Below, one piece after another: positions 63,001 through 64,000 of a stretch of 64,000 bases of DNA. Position numbers and translations under genes: made by a program. The notes beneath the pieces were generated by a model. That model searched no databases and had not been told where the DNA came from. It saw only the letters and a list, made by a program, of their open reading frames with translations. Source of the DNA: Macrostomum lignano (lineage: Eukaryota); contig NIVC01000208.1 in the NCBI GenBank assembly GCA_002269645.1, positions 310,001-374,000 of the forward strand. Direction: 5' to 3'. Position 1 is the first letter of the stretch. The number at the start of each line of letters is the position of its first letter.

Positions 63001-63899
63001 TCTTTTCGACGCGCGTCGCGCTCTCGCTGCTCTTTGCGACGCTGACGACGTTGGAGTTGAGCAGCCGGAGACGACGTGTCGATAGGAGCAATAACCGGAG
63101 CCGGTCCTGCGGCAAGCGAAGAGCGCGATCGAGGCGTCGGTGGAGTCGACGGTAGCGGCGGAGCCTGATTCGTTGACGAAGACAATCTCGGTCGCTTGAC
63201 CTGATGCTCCTCCGTAACCCCCTCTTCCTCGTCGCGAAGTGAACAAAGAAGCGATTCTAAATCGTCATCAAGCGCAGCTTCATCATCGGCAGCTGGAGCG
63301 GAAGCCGGCGCATCCGACGGCGTTCGACGCTTTTTACGAATCGATTCGTCAATTTGAGCTCGCATAAACATGGATTTAATATTGCCGCTACCGCTGCTGC
63401 TGGCTGCAAGTTTTTTAGCTGCACTCTCGGCGTCTCGGGCGATAAACGGATTGCGTTTTTTGCCTGACTGTTGCTGCTGCTTGCCTTTGCCGTCTTTCGC
63501 CGCAGAAGCGGCCTGAGCTTCGGCTTCAAGGCGTTCAGCATTCCGCTTAGTATAACCGTAAGCTTCATCGTCAACAATCCAGTCGTCATCTTCGGAATCG
63601 TAATCATCATCATCGCTGGCTTTCTTCCCAGCATCCTCATCGTCGTCATCATCCAAGTCAACTCGATCAACAACCGGGCGCAGCTTCTTGCCCTTCATCT
63701 TGGCGTCTCGAAGCCGGCTGAGCATCTCCAGACGATTGGCTTTCCGCTCGCTGACGCCCGAACGTCGACCGCGACGTTGAGCTACCGTAGCGGTGGCATC
63801 GTCGCCACTACCGTCGCTGTCATCGCGACAACGATGTCGATTCGACGTCTCCTCTTCTTCGTCGTTGAACATGGCGCTTCTTCCGCGTTTGGAAGGCAT
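51068..63899 (-). CDS. POLA1: DNA polymerase alpha catalytic subunit, ~1556 aa. Exons: 63899-62449, 61937-61619, 60442-60148, 59480-59071, 58469-58089, 57617(or 57620)-57402, 56664-56440, 55761-55484, 54529-54215, 53977-53635, 52771-52577, 51310-51068
   Basis: Contains [55 protein letters not shown] (region II), [17 protein letters not shown] (III), YGDTDS (I), KKKYAA and KGLEIVRRDW. Two Cys4 clusters (CRAC..CPHC; CDDQAC..CPAC) and a C-terminal primase-binding-like [10 protein letters not shown] are present. All 11 introns are GT-AG with consistent phases. Confidence 0.95.
51620..52545. repeat. 21-bp minisatellite CTGTCTCCCAGATCCCTCTAC (POLA1 intron 11)
   Basis: Tandem copies. Confidence 0.95.
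52915..53470. repeat. 17-bp minisatellite CTGTCTGACACATCTAC (POLA1 intron 10)
   Basis: Tandem copies. Confidence 0.93.
54025..54191 (+). repeat. Three direct copies of the 17-bp (C/T)CGATATGTATCGAAAA motif (POLA1 intron 9)
   Basis: Copies start at 54025, 54128 and 54175; the motif is the same as the inverted repeat at 57786/58036. Confidence 0.7.
54625..55440. repeat. 23-bp minisatellite CTACCCAGACTACCATAGACAAT (POLA1 intron 8)
   Basis: Tandem copies. Confidence 0.95.
55800..56420. repeat. 11/22-bp minisatellite TGACATTAAAC-TGACATGAATC (POLA1 intron 7)
   Basis: Tandem copies. Confidence 0.95.
56700..57330. repeat. 21-bp minisatellite GAGATTTGGAATCTCTACTGT (POLA1 intron 6; internal hairpin)
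   Basis: Tandem copies. Confidence 0.95.
57786..58052. mobile_element. MITE-like element with a perfect 17-bp inverted repeat (POLA1 intron 5)
   Basis: TTTTCGATACATATCGG at 57786-57802 and CCGATATGTATCGAAAA at 58036-58052. No target-site duplication was established. Confidence 0.5.
58815..58965. repeat. 12-13-bp repeat CTGGTAGGTTAA (POLA1 intron 4)
   Basis: Short tandem array. Confidence 0.85.
59510..59650 (-). mobile_element. tRNA-derived SINE fragment with V/CORE-type central domain
   Basis: The minus strand reads ..CCTAGTGATTAGAACGTCGGACTCACGACTTTGAAGGTCGGGGGTTCGTTTC (A- and B-box-like), then GTCCTTGAGCAAGAGCCTCAACTCTGCATTGC, which resembles the V-SINE central domain as recalled. Confidence 0.6.
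59930..60075 (+). mobile_element. Second SINE fragment (central domain), inverted relative to 59510-59650
   Basis: GTGTCATTGAACAAGACACTAAACTCTGCATTGCTTCAGGTCACCCAGCTGTAAAATGGGTGCC matches the V/CORE-like domain. Confidence 0.55.
60613..60874 (-). mobile_element. Dispersed repeat family A, copy 4 (POLA1 intron 2)
   Basis: Colinear with copy 1 over ~260 bp. Confidence 0.8.
60922..61605. repeat. 11/22-bp minisatellite CACATCAGATACCCATTAGAAT (POLA1 intron 2)
   Basis: Tandem copies. Confidence 0.95.
62025..62420. repeat. 16-bp minisatellite CTGGAACCAAAACTAC (POLA1 intron 1)
   Basis: Tandem copies. Confidence 0.95.
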
Positions 63900-64000
63900 G
63901 CTAAGTTGCTTGATTTTGTCTTTTTGTTTTGTTCAAGTTCAACTGCACTGAAAGTGGAGCATACGATTTTTTACAATAGAAAATAGATTCTTGAGTCGTC

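Overview
Eukaryotic (animal) genomic DNA with GT-AG introns. The style (compact housekeeping genes whose introns are filled with minisatellites) resembles the flatworm Macrostomum; this is an inference, not verified. I hand-assembled seven protein-coding genes, all on the minus strand. In transcription order they are POLA1 (12 exons, ~1556 aa), a TBK1/IKK-epsilon-like kinase (11 exons, ~776 aa), TRNT1 (CCA-adding enzyme, 3 exons, 500 aa), intronless TRAPPC2/sedlin (137 aa), and a neuroligin-like gene that runs off the left edge. The 17.8-kb first intron of the neuroligin-like gene contains two complete intronless same-strand genes: KGD4/MRPS36 and PPME1. About 35 tandem arrays cover roughly a third of the window, usually a different unit in each intron, while ~15.6-26.9 kb has none. 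Also present are a ~250-bp unclassified dispersed repeat (4 copies plus 1 decayed copy), V/CORE-type SINE fragments and a MITE-like inverted repeat. The most interesting signals are: (i) the same-strand nested two-gene cassette, flanked by inverted copies of the dispersed repeat; (ii) TTTCAG acceptors 22-51 nt upstream of four start codons with all genes co-oriented, suggesting SL trans-splicing or operon-like expression; (iii) intronic satellites whose unit can be phased as a GT...AG micro-intron; (iv) inverted repeat copies at both ends of a 5.7-kb intron. All splice and repeat coordinates were read by eye. Exon phases were checked for consistency; repeat boundaries are approximate.
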